A DNA stretch of 64,000 nucleotides, from assembly GCA_013239625.1 (NCBI GenBank), contig MU054187.1, positions 15,950,941-16,014,940 of the forward strand, written 5' to 3'. This DNA comes from Lama guanicoe. Its lineage: Eukaryota. The first letter of the stretch is position 1; every line of letters begins with the position of its first letter. The position numbers and the translations under genes are program-made. This document shows positions 39,703 to 50,000 of this stretch, one piece after another. The notes below the pieces were generated by a model that was not told the origin of the DNA, ran no database searches, and saw only the letters and a program-made list of their open reading frames with translations.

Positions 39703-41492
39703 GTCTAGGTTATTAGCTTTTTTGTAACTTTAAGGATATAACTATATTCTTTATGTTTTGTTATATTTGAAATATTATAATCCAAGGAAAAAATCATCTG
39801 CTTTAAGCATATGGCAGAAAAAAAAATACAGATTGCATGAGAGATCCTTTCTTTCCAAAGAAAAAAAAAATCTCAAATCTGCAAAGTAAAAAAGGATTTG
39901 GATTTAAGAACCTGCTACAGCACTGCTGGAAGGAAAAGGCTGGCATCTCACAGAGGAGACCAGACTCAACCACACGTTTGTCCTCAGCATTTTGAGAGGG
40001 CACAGAAATTGATGGCTTTTCCCCCTGCCTGAGTGAGGAACCTGTTAAAGCACAGCTGGAGAGGACTCAAGGACATGCCACCTTAATGAAGGTGATATTG
40101 AAATGCGTGAGCCTAGTGTGGACCATATTTCCTAGTGATGCTTCCTCAAATTAGACAAATCTCCACACCTAGTTGAAGTCAGTGTGAGACAAACCCAGGC
40201 CTGCTCAGTGCCTCTGCAAAATTAACAGCATGGAGTAATGGAGCCCAGCCTCTGCTTCCAGTGGGGGCTTGACAACCTGGGGTACCCTGTGGGGAGGGAC
40301 ATGGCAGGGACCTGGGAGGATTTTTCCTCCCCTTAACTTGCTAATTGCTTAACTCATTTCACCTCCTTGGGTCGGAGAGGCATGCTTGGTGGGATAAGAT
40401 GCCAGGAGTTGCAAAAAAAATCTCGTAATGCAAAGAATACAGTCTCCCCCTCCCCATTCCCAACGATTCTTATTGGAGTCCTGGAAAGAGGGCTAGGGGA
40501 AGGACTGCTATTATAAATCTCTTGGAAGTTATAGTTGAGTTGGAAGTTTGAAACAGAGTGTGAAAAGGAACTCAAAACCATAAAATAAAATCAAACAAAA
40601 TAGAGAAAAATAAAATCTGTTAAGTTACAAAAGTGCCAAAGAAAGCCTACTCTTTCTATACATAAAAAGACTTCAAACTTCATTATAACAGGGCACACCT
40701 CTCAGGTCTTATTCCAGCGAGGACAAGGATTATGTCTTTGTTATAGTGCCTATGTATGGTAGAAAACTTAAGAATATTTATCAAATGAATGAGTGCACCC
40801 TGGGTCTGTGGGTATGCTACTCCAACCAAGGTTTTAAATCAGCAAAAATCATAACTACTTGTTAAATTAACTTAAATGTAAATTATGCATGCTTAGTGGA
40901 GTGAAAAGCCGCTTTTATTTCTATCAGTTTTATTTACCAAGTATTCAGAAAGTCCCTATTGTTCAAGGTTCTACGCTAGGCATGGAAAGAGATATTGTGA
41001 GCAACATAGTCCTCTAGCTCCCACAACAAAGACACACTGAACTCAAGGGATACAAGAAAAGAACACAATGATCCACTAATTACAATAGATAAATGACCAA
41101 AACAGGCACAAAAGATGATGGGATTTTAAAACTCTAAAGGAAATGGGGCATTTATTTATATTTTGTTTCACTTGCCTTTTCGCATTGGGTCAAAAATTGG
41201 TAAATATAACCGTTTTAAAAAATTTAATCACTTCTGCTTATTTATTAAAAAAAAGTCAATTAAAATGAGTTAAAGGAGGTCTAAAAGTTATGATTCAAGC
41301 TCCATGGACCACAGAGTCACGGCAAACAGAACACAAACCATACGAATTGTACAACGAAGTCTGAATAAATGATGCTGCTTGCAGAGCATATGCACTCCTA
41401 TTTTCAAACGCATGTTGTTAAACAAGAAAAAACTGTCAAAATAATGATGTAATTAATAGTATCCTTATTATCTATTTTATCAGTGACCTGGT

Positions 41493-42059
41493 AGTTACCA
41501 GTAAATGGGTTTCTGTAGAGACATTTTTGTCCCCAACCCTCCTGAGTCAGTTCCTAACAAGCGTCCTCTTACCTGGGACCACTGGCGCCAATAGAAAAGG
41601 GTCCGAATTCCGTTCTGAAGCCACAGAAAGCTGTAGTCTTTGATCTTAGAATGGAGAAGCGCCAGTCGCCTCCGGGACACCTGCTCTCCTTGAAAGGCCG
41701 TGGGCGGGGCTGCTGATTCATCCGGAAGGAGCGGAGTTCTCGCGAGGCTGAAGCAGCTGCGTGTCGGTGAGGGGGCGTGGCGTCTCTGTACCCGGCCCGC
41801 CGCTGCCGCCGTCTTGAATTGAGCGTCGTGGGCGGTGCTTCTGCACACGGCCCGCCCGCGGAACGGAGGTGTCAGTGCGGCTGTCTCCACCCCAGGCAAG
41901 CCCGCCCGAAGTGCCAGGTGTGAGGCCTCTGCATGCGGCGCCCTGTGAGCAAGTGAAACTGGACAGAGCGCAAAGGGGAAAGAAAAGGTTAGACTTTATT
42001 TTATTACCCAAACATAATGTTTATTTCCTAGGAATTGTTAATGGGCTTTACTGGTGACA
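41493..42059 (-). mobile_element. Putative 3' LTR (~570 bp)
   Basis: Minus strand starts TGTCACCAGTAAA after AGGGCAGAGGAAGGATT and ends TTTACTGGTAACT (inverted termini); 41880-42059 aligns to 46263-46439. Confidence 0.7.
41560..41972. promoter_or_regulatory. CpG island with promoter motifs and a minus-strand splice donor
   Basis: About 36 CpG in ~410 bp (manual count); GGGCGGGG 41702, CCGGAAG 41722, TCTCGCGAG 41738, GGGGCGTGGC 41772, CCAAT 41588; donor CAG|GTAAGA at 41573/41572. Confidence 0.7.
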
Positions 42060-42269
42060 AATCCTTCCTCTGCCCTTTGTCCTGTTCTTTCTTGAGGGGA
42101 GCTGAGGGGAGAAATTCTGTCGTTTATAACTGCTTCCTGCCGAGTTTGGGCGTCATCCTAACCCAGGGTAGAGGAGCAGGACTTTTTCCCCGGCCACCTT
42201 TAGATCTGTTTGATGGTCACCGGTACTGTTTGTATCCCTGAGCCACCACTGTTTGGAGTTTTACAGATT

Positions 42270-42740
42270 CTAGCTTTTTGGAGATAGTGATACCAGACAG
42301 TTAAGGATGCATGGCCCAGACTTAGCAGGGGAATAATGGTCATGAAGGGGCCTGGGAAAGGTACAGACCAAACCAGGGAGGGCTGGTTTTACCCCACTCC
42401 AAGTTTGTTCAGCCAGATTAGGCTTGCTGGTTTCTGGAGTCAACTTCGTTTTTCCAGCAGTCTGTCTGCAGTTTTTCCCAACAAGCCAACAGCACGACGC
42501 GTTGGCCAGTGCACAGTTCCCTTCCTGGTAAAATAACAGGTTATCTAGGGCAGTTTGGTTACCCAGGACCACGGGAGCCGGTGAGGCAACAGCTTGAAGG
42601 CAAAGCTGTTCTCATTGGCCACTGCCATCATGGTGGCTTTTCTATGGTAACAATGTTACATAGAGTTACCCTGGCCAAGGGCACTAGCACCCCTATGAAT
42701 GCAGTGATTCTAGGGTCTTACTGGAGCGTTCCAGGCACCC
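42270..42740 (-). pseudogene. env: ERV env TM remnant (SU deleted)
   Basis: VLGNQTALDNLL..CALANASCC (ISD plus CX6CC-like) and GPCILNCLV motifs. Confidence 0.85.
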
Positions 42741-42866
42741 TATTTAGCTGTTTTTCCCTTTTGGCCTGCCTGCTTTACATATCAGAGAGAGGTTCACAAG
42801 AGGAGTCAAGGGGGTTCTTTACCCCAGGTTATCTCCCTGGACGTTGGGGTCCTGGGGCGTCTTCAC

Positions 42867-43855
42867 TCAAGTATGATGTACCCACAGAGTGAACACCTGC
42901 AACTTGAGGGCAGAATGAGTGGTGAGGATTACTGAGTGGGGTCTGTTCCACGTGGAAGTGAGTTGATCTTCTGTGCTACCTAGTTTCCAGGTGTTTAGAT
43001 ACACCTGGTCTTCTGACCGGAAAGGGTGGAGGGCCAGGTCAGTGGGTGCAGACAGCACCTGGTTACCTTATTCTGTGAAGGATTTCATGGTTTCGCCTAC
43101 CTAGAGTACAAACGACCTGGAGGGCATACCTGGAGTTGGTTTCATTTCAAGGGGGTTAAAGTCTCTCTTCTCTCAGGCTTGGGGACTGAGTCTACCACAC
43201 ATAAGTTCAACTGCACTTAACTTTTAACTTACTGTTGGAGCTAACCACATGCAGAGCAGGGCAATTGAGAGTAACTTTATTCAGTTTCCTTGAGTCTCCT
43301 GGCATAGCTTAGCTAAGGTTCCTTTTATGTTCTTTCCCCAGTGATTGGGGTCTCCAGGCTGAGTGCAAGGTCCTGTTGTTTATGCCCAGGGCATTTGTTA
43401 TTCCTTTTGTCACTTGAGACACGAGACGTGAATGCTGGGCCATTGTCACTTTGTAGGGTTACTGGGAGTCCAAGTCTTGGGGTTATCTTTTTTTGGTAAT
43501 ACTTTTGTCACTTCAGCTGCTGTTACAATTCTAGTGGGGAATGATTCTGCCCACCCTAAAAACATGTCCAACCAGCACCAAGAGATACCTAAAGTTGCCC
43601 AATGGTCTCGGCATGACAGTGAAATCAGCCTGCCATTCTTCTCCAGGATATGTCCCTTTGGTCTGAATGGGCCTTGTCTGGGGGTCTCTGGGGGTCTGGT
43701 ATTGGGGTTGTTAACTGTGCATATGGGGCATGTCTTAACTATGGGACTGATTATACTTTTCATGCCAAGAGCTACCATGACCTCAACTAACCAATTATAC
43801 AGAGCTTCCTTCCTGTACTGAGTTCCTTCATGAGTTCCCTGATGGCCTGACAAGC
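42867..43855 (-). pseudogene. pol: ERV integrase remnant, frameshifted
   Basis: HQGTH..CPIC (HHCC), GWAESFPT, QSDNGPAFTS (~43425-43450), VILTTHSALKL..WVHHT. Confidence 0.88.
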
Positions 43856-44039
43856 TGCAGTTTGGGAAAAGAAGTATTTCTCATGTTTGTTAACTAGCAT
43901 CCATGGCCTCCGAGATCTCTGTTAAAGCCCCATTTCTGGGCTGTGTCTAATTCTTCCTTTGTATAGACTGGGGAGTAATTAGATGTATCTGACCTCTTAG
44001 GTTTGAGGATAATTGCCACCTTACTGGTTCTAGGGTCAC

Positions 44040-44335
44040 CCTTTTGGCAGTTGTGTCCACTTTGTTGCTACCCTTTATTCCCTTTTTGATGACACCTACA
44101 GTGAATCACTGCCACTTTTTTGCAGAGGCTGCACTGCTGCTAGGAATCTCAATATGCTGAAGCCATTTCACCTGTTTATTCTCCCCACTAAGTTTACCCC
44201 TTTATTTCCAAATAGCCCCGTGTGCGTGTCGGATGGCATACTCACACTAGGAGTCTATGTACACATTTAAAATCTTCTATGTACACATTTAAAAGCTTCC
44301 CTGTCCCAAGCTCTAAGGCTCTGGTTAGGGATCTG
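44040..44335 (-). pseudogene. pol: ERV RNase H remnant; protease and RT absent
   Basis: LTRALELG, NVYIDS, HAHGAIWK, VAVIHC motifs; 22-bp tandem duplication at 44254-44294. Confidence 0.8.
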
Positions 44336-44429
44336 CCTGTGTTGAGTAGGAACTCAGCAGGCTTTCCCCCTGTGTCCAATGTCAGCTGGTCAATTGGAGT
44401 GCTAGTTTAGGAGCTAACTGGCCCCATTA

Positions 44430-45978
44430 GTCTTCATCTATTTTGACTATCTGTCTTTGAGGGTAGTGGCTGGGATCTGGGTAGTGACATTTCCATCCCC
44501 CTTCAGTGGTGATAAGGGTGTTTTCTCCTCCATGTCCCTCTTGTCCACACACAGTACACTGACTGGGTTCTAGTTTATGTGGCTTTCTATCCTTCTGTGG
44601 CAGCCAGGGGTCACACATCCGAGCTGAGAGTCTCCGTGCGTGGTTGGTCCAAGTTCCTGTGCCAACCGGTTGATATTGCAGGACAACAGCCTATAAATGG
44701 GCTTGTCTCTGGGCCATGTTTATCTTCTGGCTTTTCCTCCTCTACATCTTGTTTATTAAATACTCAGTAGGCAACTTCGACCAGGGGAGAGATAAGGGTA
44801 CCTGGTTCTCTTTCCAGTTTTTAATGTCAAGGGTACTTTGGGAAATGAAATATGACCTCAGGATTGCATTCCCTTCCAATGACTCAGGGTCAGTGGGAGT
44901 ATATACATTGGGAGGCATTCTCTAAGGTGCTCTAGAAATGCTGACATGTTTTCTGTTGGCTCCTGATGAATTTCTTTTATCTTACTCCAATTGTCAAATT
45001 TCATTCCTGCTTCCTGGATTCCCTTTAGGATCATATTTTTATAATGGGTCAGCCTTTGTCTGCCTACCCCCCTTTTCTCCATTATCTTGTTGGTCCCAGT
45101 TGGGTATCTTATCTGGGACCGTTTGATGCCCTGGTCTGAAAATATCATGACCTGCATTGTTTCCATTCTCTTAGTCTACTTCCTCTTCAGCTTTTGAAAA
45201 GATCAGAGCCTTTTCTTTCCCACTAGGAGTACATTGAGGAAGCTCTGGATGTCAGTCCAGGTGGGGTCATGGGTCTGAAAGATTCCCCTAATCAGATTTA
45301 GGAACCCTCTGAATCTTCCCTCAACCCCTTACTAAGACTTTCCCAGTCATGCAGATCAGAAGTGGTAGATGGAGTTTATACCTGGATACATGAACCCTTC
45401 TTCTCCATCAGGGACTGGCCTCAAAGGGAGTACTTTTCCTGCTGGATTGTTAGACCCTAGCCAGTAATTAGTTGCACTTGTATACTTGCTGGACCTGCTT
45501 CTGGGGGAGGGGCCTGATATGCAATGGGCCCCTCAGGCCTATGGCCCAAACTGGGATTTATGAAGGAAGGGAATAGGGAGAGAGCAGTAGAAGGGTTAGG
45601 GAGGAGATCAAGAAGGTCTTCAGGAGGTGAGTTAAGGACTGGCTTAGTCTCCTTTGGTATAACCTCAGTGGAGGAGAGCCCACATCCCTTTTGAAGGCCT
45701 TTGTTCTGATGTAAGGCCATAAAAAATAACTGAATATAGGGAATTTCATCCCATTTCTTTTGTCTCTGGCATAGCAGGTCCAATTGTAAATGGTGTTATA
45801 ATTTAGAGACCCATTGACAGGCCGACATTGCCCATTTCCCAGCTGGTACTGGAGCCAGGCCGTATTCCATAGGAAGATGAAATATTTGGAGTTGGAGAAT
45901 GATACCTGAGAGACCTCCAGTTCTGCAAGATACACCCTAATGGGTATCCTTCAGGAGGGTAGGTGTTTGGTTCTCCAT
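44430..45978 (-). pseudogene. gag: ERV gag remnant (MA, CA/MHR, NC knuckle), multiple frameshifts
   Basis: PLGCILQNW, NTAWLQY..NGSLNYNTI, KWDEIPYIQ, QEPTENMSAFLEHLRE (MHR), CTVCGQEGH. Confidence 0.88.
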
Positions 45979-46262
45979 ACCTTAGATGTTTCTCTTTTGA
46001 ATTTGTTTCCAACTGCTGAGAAGGGTGGTTGGTGTGATCTGTTGGTATAAAAATGCTACAAGATTTGACCCAAATAAGATTTCCAGTTCAGGAAATTTTG
46101 AACCAGCATCAAACTGTCAATGAATTCCTCAAAAGACCCAAATAGGAGGCACCCAAGTGCTGTGGGCTCTGTGATATCTGGGGGTCCCCCTTGAATTTAT
46201 AATGGCCCATGGTTGAGATACTTAGTCTCTCCTCAGCCAGAATATCCCACAGGAGCTTAGAC

Positions 46263-46439
46263 AAGACCGCCTCACTAGAAACTCTGGTCTGATGTGCTGG
46301 GCGCAATGCCTCTGCAGTACTGTACGAGCAAGAGAAACTAGACTAAGCACAAAGGAAAAGGAAAAAGTTTAGACTTTATTTTATTACCCAGTTTATATTT
46401 TTATTCCCTAAGAATTGTTAATGGACTTCACCAGTGAGA
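46263..46439 (-). mobile_element. Partial 5' LTR, CpG-poor
   Basis: GAGCAAG.GAAACT.GAC..TTAGACTTTATTTTATTACCCA..GAATTGTTAATGG shared with 41947-42059. Confidence 0.8.
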
Positions 46440-46484
46440 ATTTGGCTTTTTTTTAAAAGTCATCAGATTCACATAAATACTGTA

Positions 46485-47080
46485 AAGCTCCACTGTCATT
46501 GATGATCCTCCCCCGCCTCACAGTCATCAATGTCCTCTATGATACCAAATTCAAAGGATATTTTTCAGTTCTCATATCCCTTTGTGCCTCAGGAGCATTT
46601 AACATTGTTGACTTTTTCTGCCTTATTGGAAAAACGTTCTTTCCCTTAGCTATTGACCCTGCACTGTTCCATGTTTCTTCCTACCAGACTGGTGATTTCT
46701 TCCTAGCCTCTCTTTGTACCTCATCCATTCTTTCCTTGTTAGTGTTGTGCAATTTTCATCCTACACCTGTCCTTTAATCATAACGTGTACTCTCTCTAGA
46801 AAAGTTTACCCGTACTCATAACTTCCATTGCCTCTGTATCCTTGATCTCTCTTTGAAGTTCATACATATGCATTAAAAAATCATCTGTAAGTGCCCAAAG
46901 AATTTCAAATCCAACAGGTCCAAACTTAAGCTGTCATATTCTACACTAGTCAGTAGTTTGTATGTCAGTGAATGGCCCTTCATCCATCCACTCAGTTGCA
47001 TACGTCAGAACTCTGGGAGTCATTCTTGATACTCCCTGTGCAGTATCTGACATGAGATTAATCATCAAGGCTTTGTAAGA
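46485..47080. mobile_element. L2 LINE fragment
   Basis: CAAATTCAAAGGA..GGAGCATTTAACATTGTTGAC..CTGGGAGTCATTCTTGA. Confidence 0.65.
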
Positions 47081-50000
47081 TCTTATTCCTCACAAAAGAG
47101 GGTACAATTAAAAATAGTTATAAAAATAAGCAAAAGTAAGGGTAGAAATATAAGATATCTCTGGAGAAACTATAGTGAAAGTTGATGAGAACAACAGACA
47201 AGTTCTCCCCTGGTTCTTAGTTCTTGTATACATATTTGGAACAAAGGGTAGACAGGGTCAAACATATGTGGCTCTCTGAAAGAGAAATATTTCTCCAGCT
47301 ACTTTTGGGATTCTCTGAAAAAGTAACTTAGTACTTACTGGGATGAGCTTCTAAAAAGAGACATTGTTTCTCTCAATGCAAATGAATAGGTCTGCTTTGA
47401 ATCATCACTTATTATCAAAAATGCATTTGGACATTAGTGTTCAGAATGCTCTTCTAACTTCAGTCTCTTCCCAATGAGGGCGAGTGTACCAGCTCTGGGA
47501 ACAAATTAAAAGGTTTTAGCTTGCTTATACTCTTTTCCAGAGAACATGCTTCTGGAAAAGATACATTTTCTATTCCTTGTAAACTACAGGATAATGCATC
47601 TGAAATACCTATCCTGGTAATTTCAGAATCAGCCGGGCAAGCCTTCTTGCTGCCTTAAGAGATTTTTAATTATATAGTTTTATTTCAGTAATTGCTTTAT
47701 TTTATAGTGCACTTACTTCCTGTAAGTGCACTTTGTGTACGTGGCAACTGTTGTTCTTTTAATTATAAGGTTAAGTATCATATAATTACAGGGTAAATAC
47801 ACAGTTGTTTCTGTCCTATGTGCCAGTATTTAGGTAACCTGGTATTTGTACAAAGAAACCAAATAGTGCTTGGGAGTCTTTTCTTTGATTCCCACATAAA
47901 TTAAGCTCCAGTGTAAAATTCAATCATCTATTCTATTATATTCCCTTTTAAATCATTGTAAGTGCCAGACCAAAGTACACTTTTATGAAATAAATTACAT
48001 TACAATGAGAACTAATATCATAGCCTTTTTTTAAAAATACTGTCACAAAAAACTTTCATAACCTTCAAAGAAAACATTTATTATGGAACCTTTAACACTT
48101 CTCAATTTCAAGTTTTATCTTCTGTCATTGCTATAGTGTTAGCTTATAATCTATACATTTAACTGAAAAAGAGGAAAAAAAAGCCATAATTAAGAGTACA
48201 TTCAAATACTAAATTTATGAACTAAAACATAAAACTGAAAATAATGGACACTTTCGTTACAGTTTCTTTAACTTTTGCCATCATTATTAAAGATACTCTT
48301 ATTTTGTGATTTTTATAAGTAGAAAATTTCTAACTTTGCATTGACTGCTACAATGATTCTAGAATTGAAAAGATTTCAAAAAATAATATATTTTATATTT
48401 TAGTATCTTCTCATTAATCATGCTAATAACCAAGTAAATAAGGTTCATTAATCAACTTATTCTATAGACATTTATTTGATGATTACTACGTTCCAGGAAC
48501 TGAATATACTGCATTCAATGTGTTTCATTATCTAGTAGGAGAGATAAACAGATAAACCAATAATTGTAATTTGTGTTAAAAGTTCCCTAATATTGCTCCA
48601 TAGAAGGCCCAGCTGTGGCACAGATGAGAGAGTCATCAGTTATAATGAGGGCAGACAAGAGCGGAGACCAGGAGGGAAAGAAATTGGATCTTGAAAGGTG
48701 AAAAACTGCCCTCTAGAAAGGCAATACAATTCTAAAAGACACATGCATATTTACCTATGATTTCAAAAATTACCATAGTGACCACTACTTATTAAAGCTA
48801 GATAGAAAGAAATAGTAGTTCGATTTTGTAGCAGGTTGAATATCCACACGACTCTATTAGGCCAAAGACTATGTAACAGTTTACAGTCTACCAATAATAA
48901 GATTATTTAATGGCAAGGAGAATTATAAATAACATTTTCTATTGACCAAAGACTGTAACCCTAATAGAATTAAAATGAGTTGCTCAGGATTAGTAATTTA
49001 AGGATGTGAATCTATGGAGGTACTGATGGCCCAGGCAACGCCCTGCAGTAGAGCAGGGACAGCAGAGAACTGACCCTAGCAGATCAGAGTCCTCCGATGG
49101 ACACTTTCCTCTGATGGACATATATATGAATTTATAGCTCCCAAGTGAAAGAAGAGCTATCTCTGTGGCCTGCTAGTCCATGTAGTGCAACAAACCAAGT
49201 TCACTGACAATTTAGTGTTGAGTGAGGAGTTACACTGTGCTGTAAGTGTTATTGTAAGTGTTCTGCAGTGTAATGCATTCTCTAATATCCTGTGTGAATC
49301 AGAATAGAAGATATGTCTTCTACCTATGATGTGTCCATACTTAAATTCTGAAGGGATCTGAAAAGACTCAATTGAAAAAAAAACCAAGTCTCCACAATTC
49401 ACCTTGGAACTTGTTTCCTCTTTTGCTTCTCAGAGTGATCATTACCTTTTAGGCTCATGGTGAATTTGAGCCCATTCATGCCAACTGGTGATTCTCAAAT
49501 CCAACTTCTTGGACTACTACTCCTTTGTAGTTCTTGCCACTATTTCTTTTAAGCCAGTAAGTTCCTCCAATGTAGACTTGAAATGGAGTTAACCTACTAA
49601 AGCAGGATGGTCAGAAGAAATGCCTTAAGGAGCTTCCGCAGCACACCCCACATCTGGCGTGGCTGGAAGGCTACTGGGGAACAAATGCTGTTGAAAGCGT
49701 ATCCTGATGCTACTTATTTATATCAAAAGACAAGATTGAAAGTGAAAGCCACAGGGCAAAAGATCTTGTTAGCTACACACTAGAGGGAATTTGTCTTTAC
49801 TCAACGTTGAGAAAACACTTTTGAGTCTTTTTCAGGTAAAACTAACCATGTCTTTCAACATAAAAGACTAAGTTTACAGGGACCTTTTATGTCTTAATGT
49901 TGTAGACATCAGTTACTTCTAAAATTACAAGGAGCACTTTTTCTTATATAAAACACAAAGTCACAGGACAAAGTAAGCTGGGAGGTGGTAAAAAATAAAA

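Larger units (their letters stand above)
41493..46439 (-). mobile_element. Internally deleted class-I (gamma-like) endogenous retrovirus
   Basis: Direct repeats at both ends; degenerate gag, RNase H, integrase and env TM in correct order; purine tract before the 3' LTR; no clear TSD. Confidence 0.9.

Noticed and set aside
41495..41899. 134-aa ORF across the CpG island
   Set aside because: Starts at TTG with no in-frame ATG; long open frames are expected in GC-rich DNA
42270..42740. Possible syncytin-like captured env
   Set aside because: Only a degenerate TM remnant; SU and signal peptide are missing and the frame is broken
42509..43821. Plus-strand ORFs of 127 and 129 aa
   Set aside because: Antisense shadows of the ERV pol/env remnants
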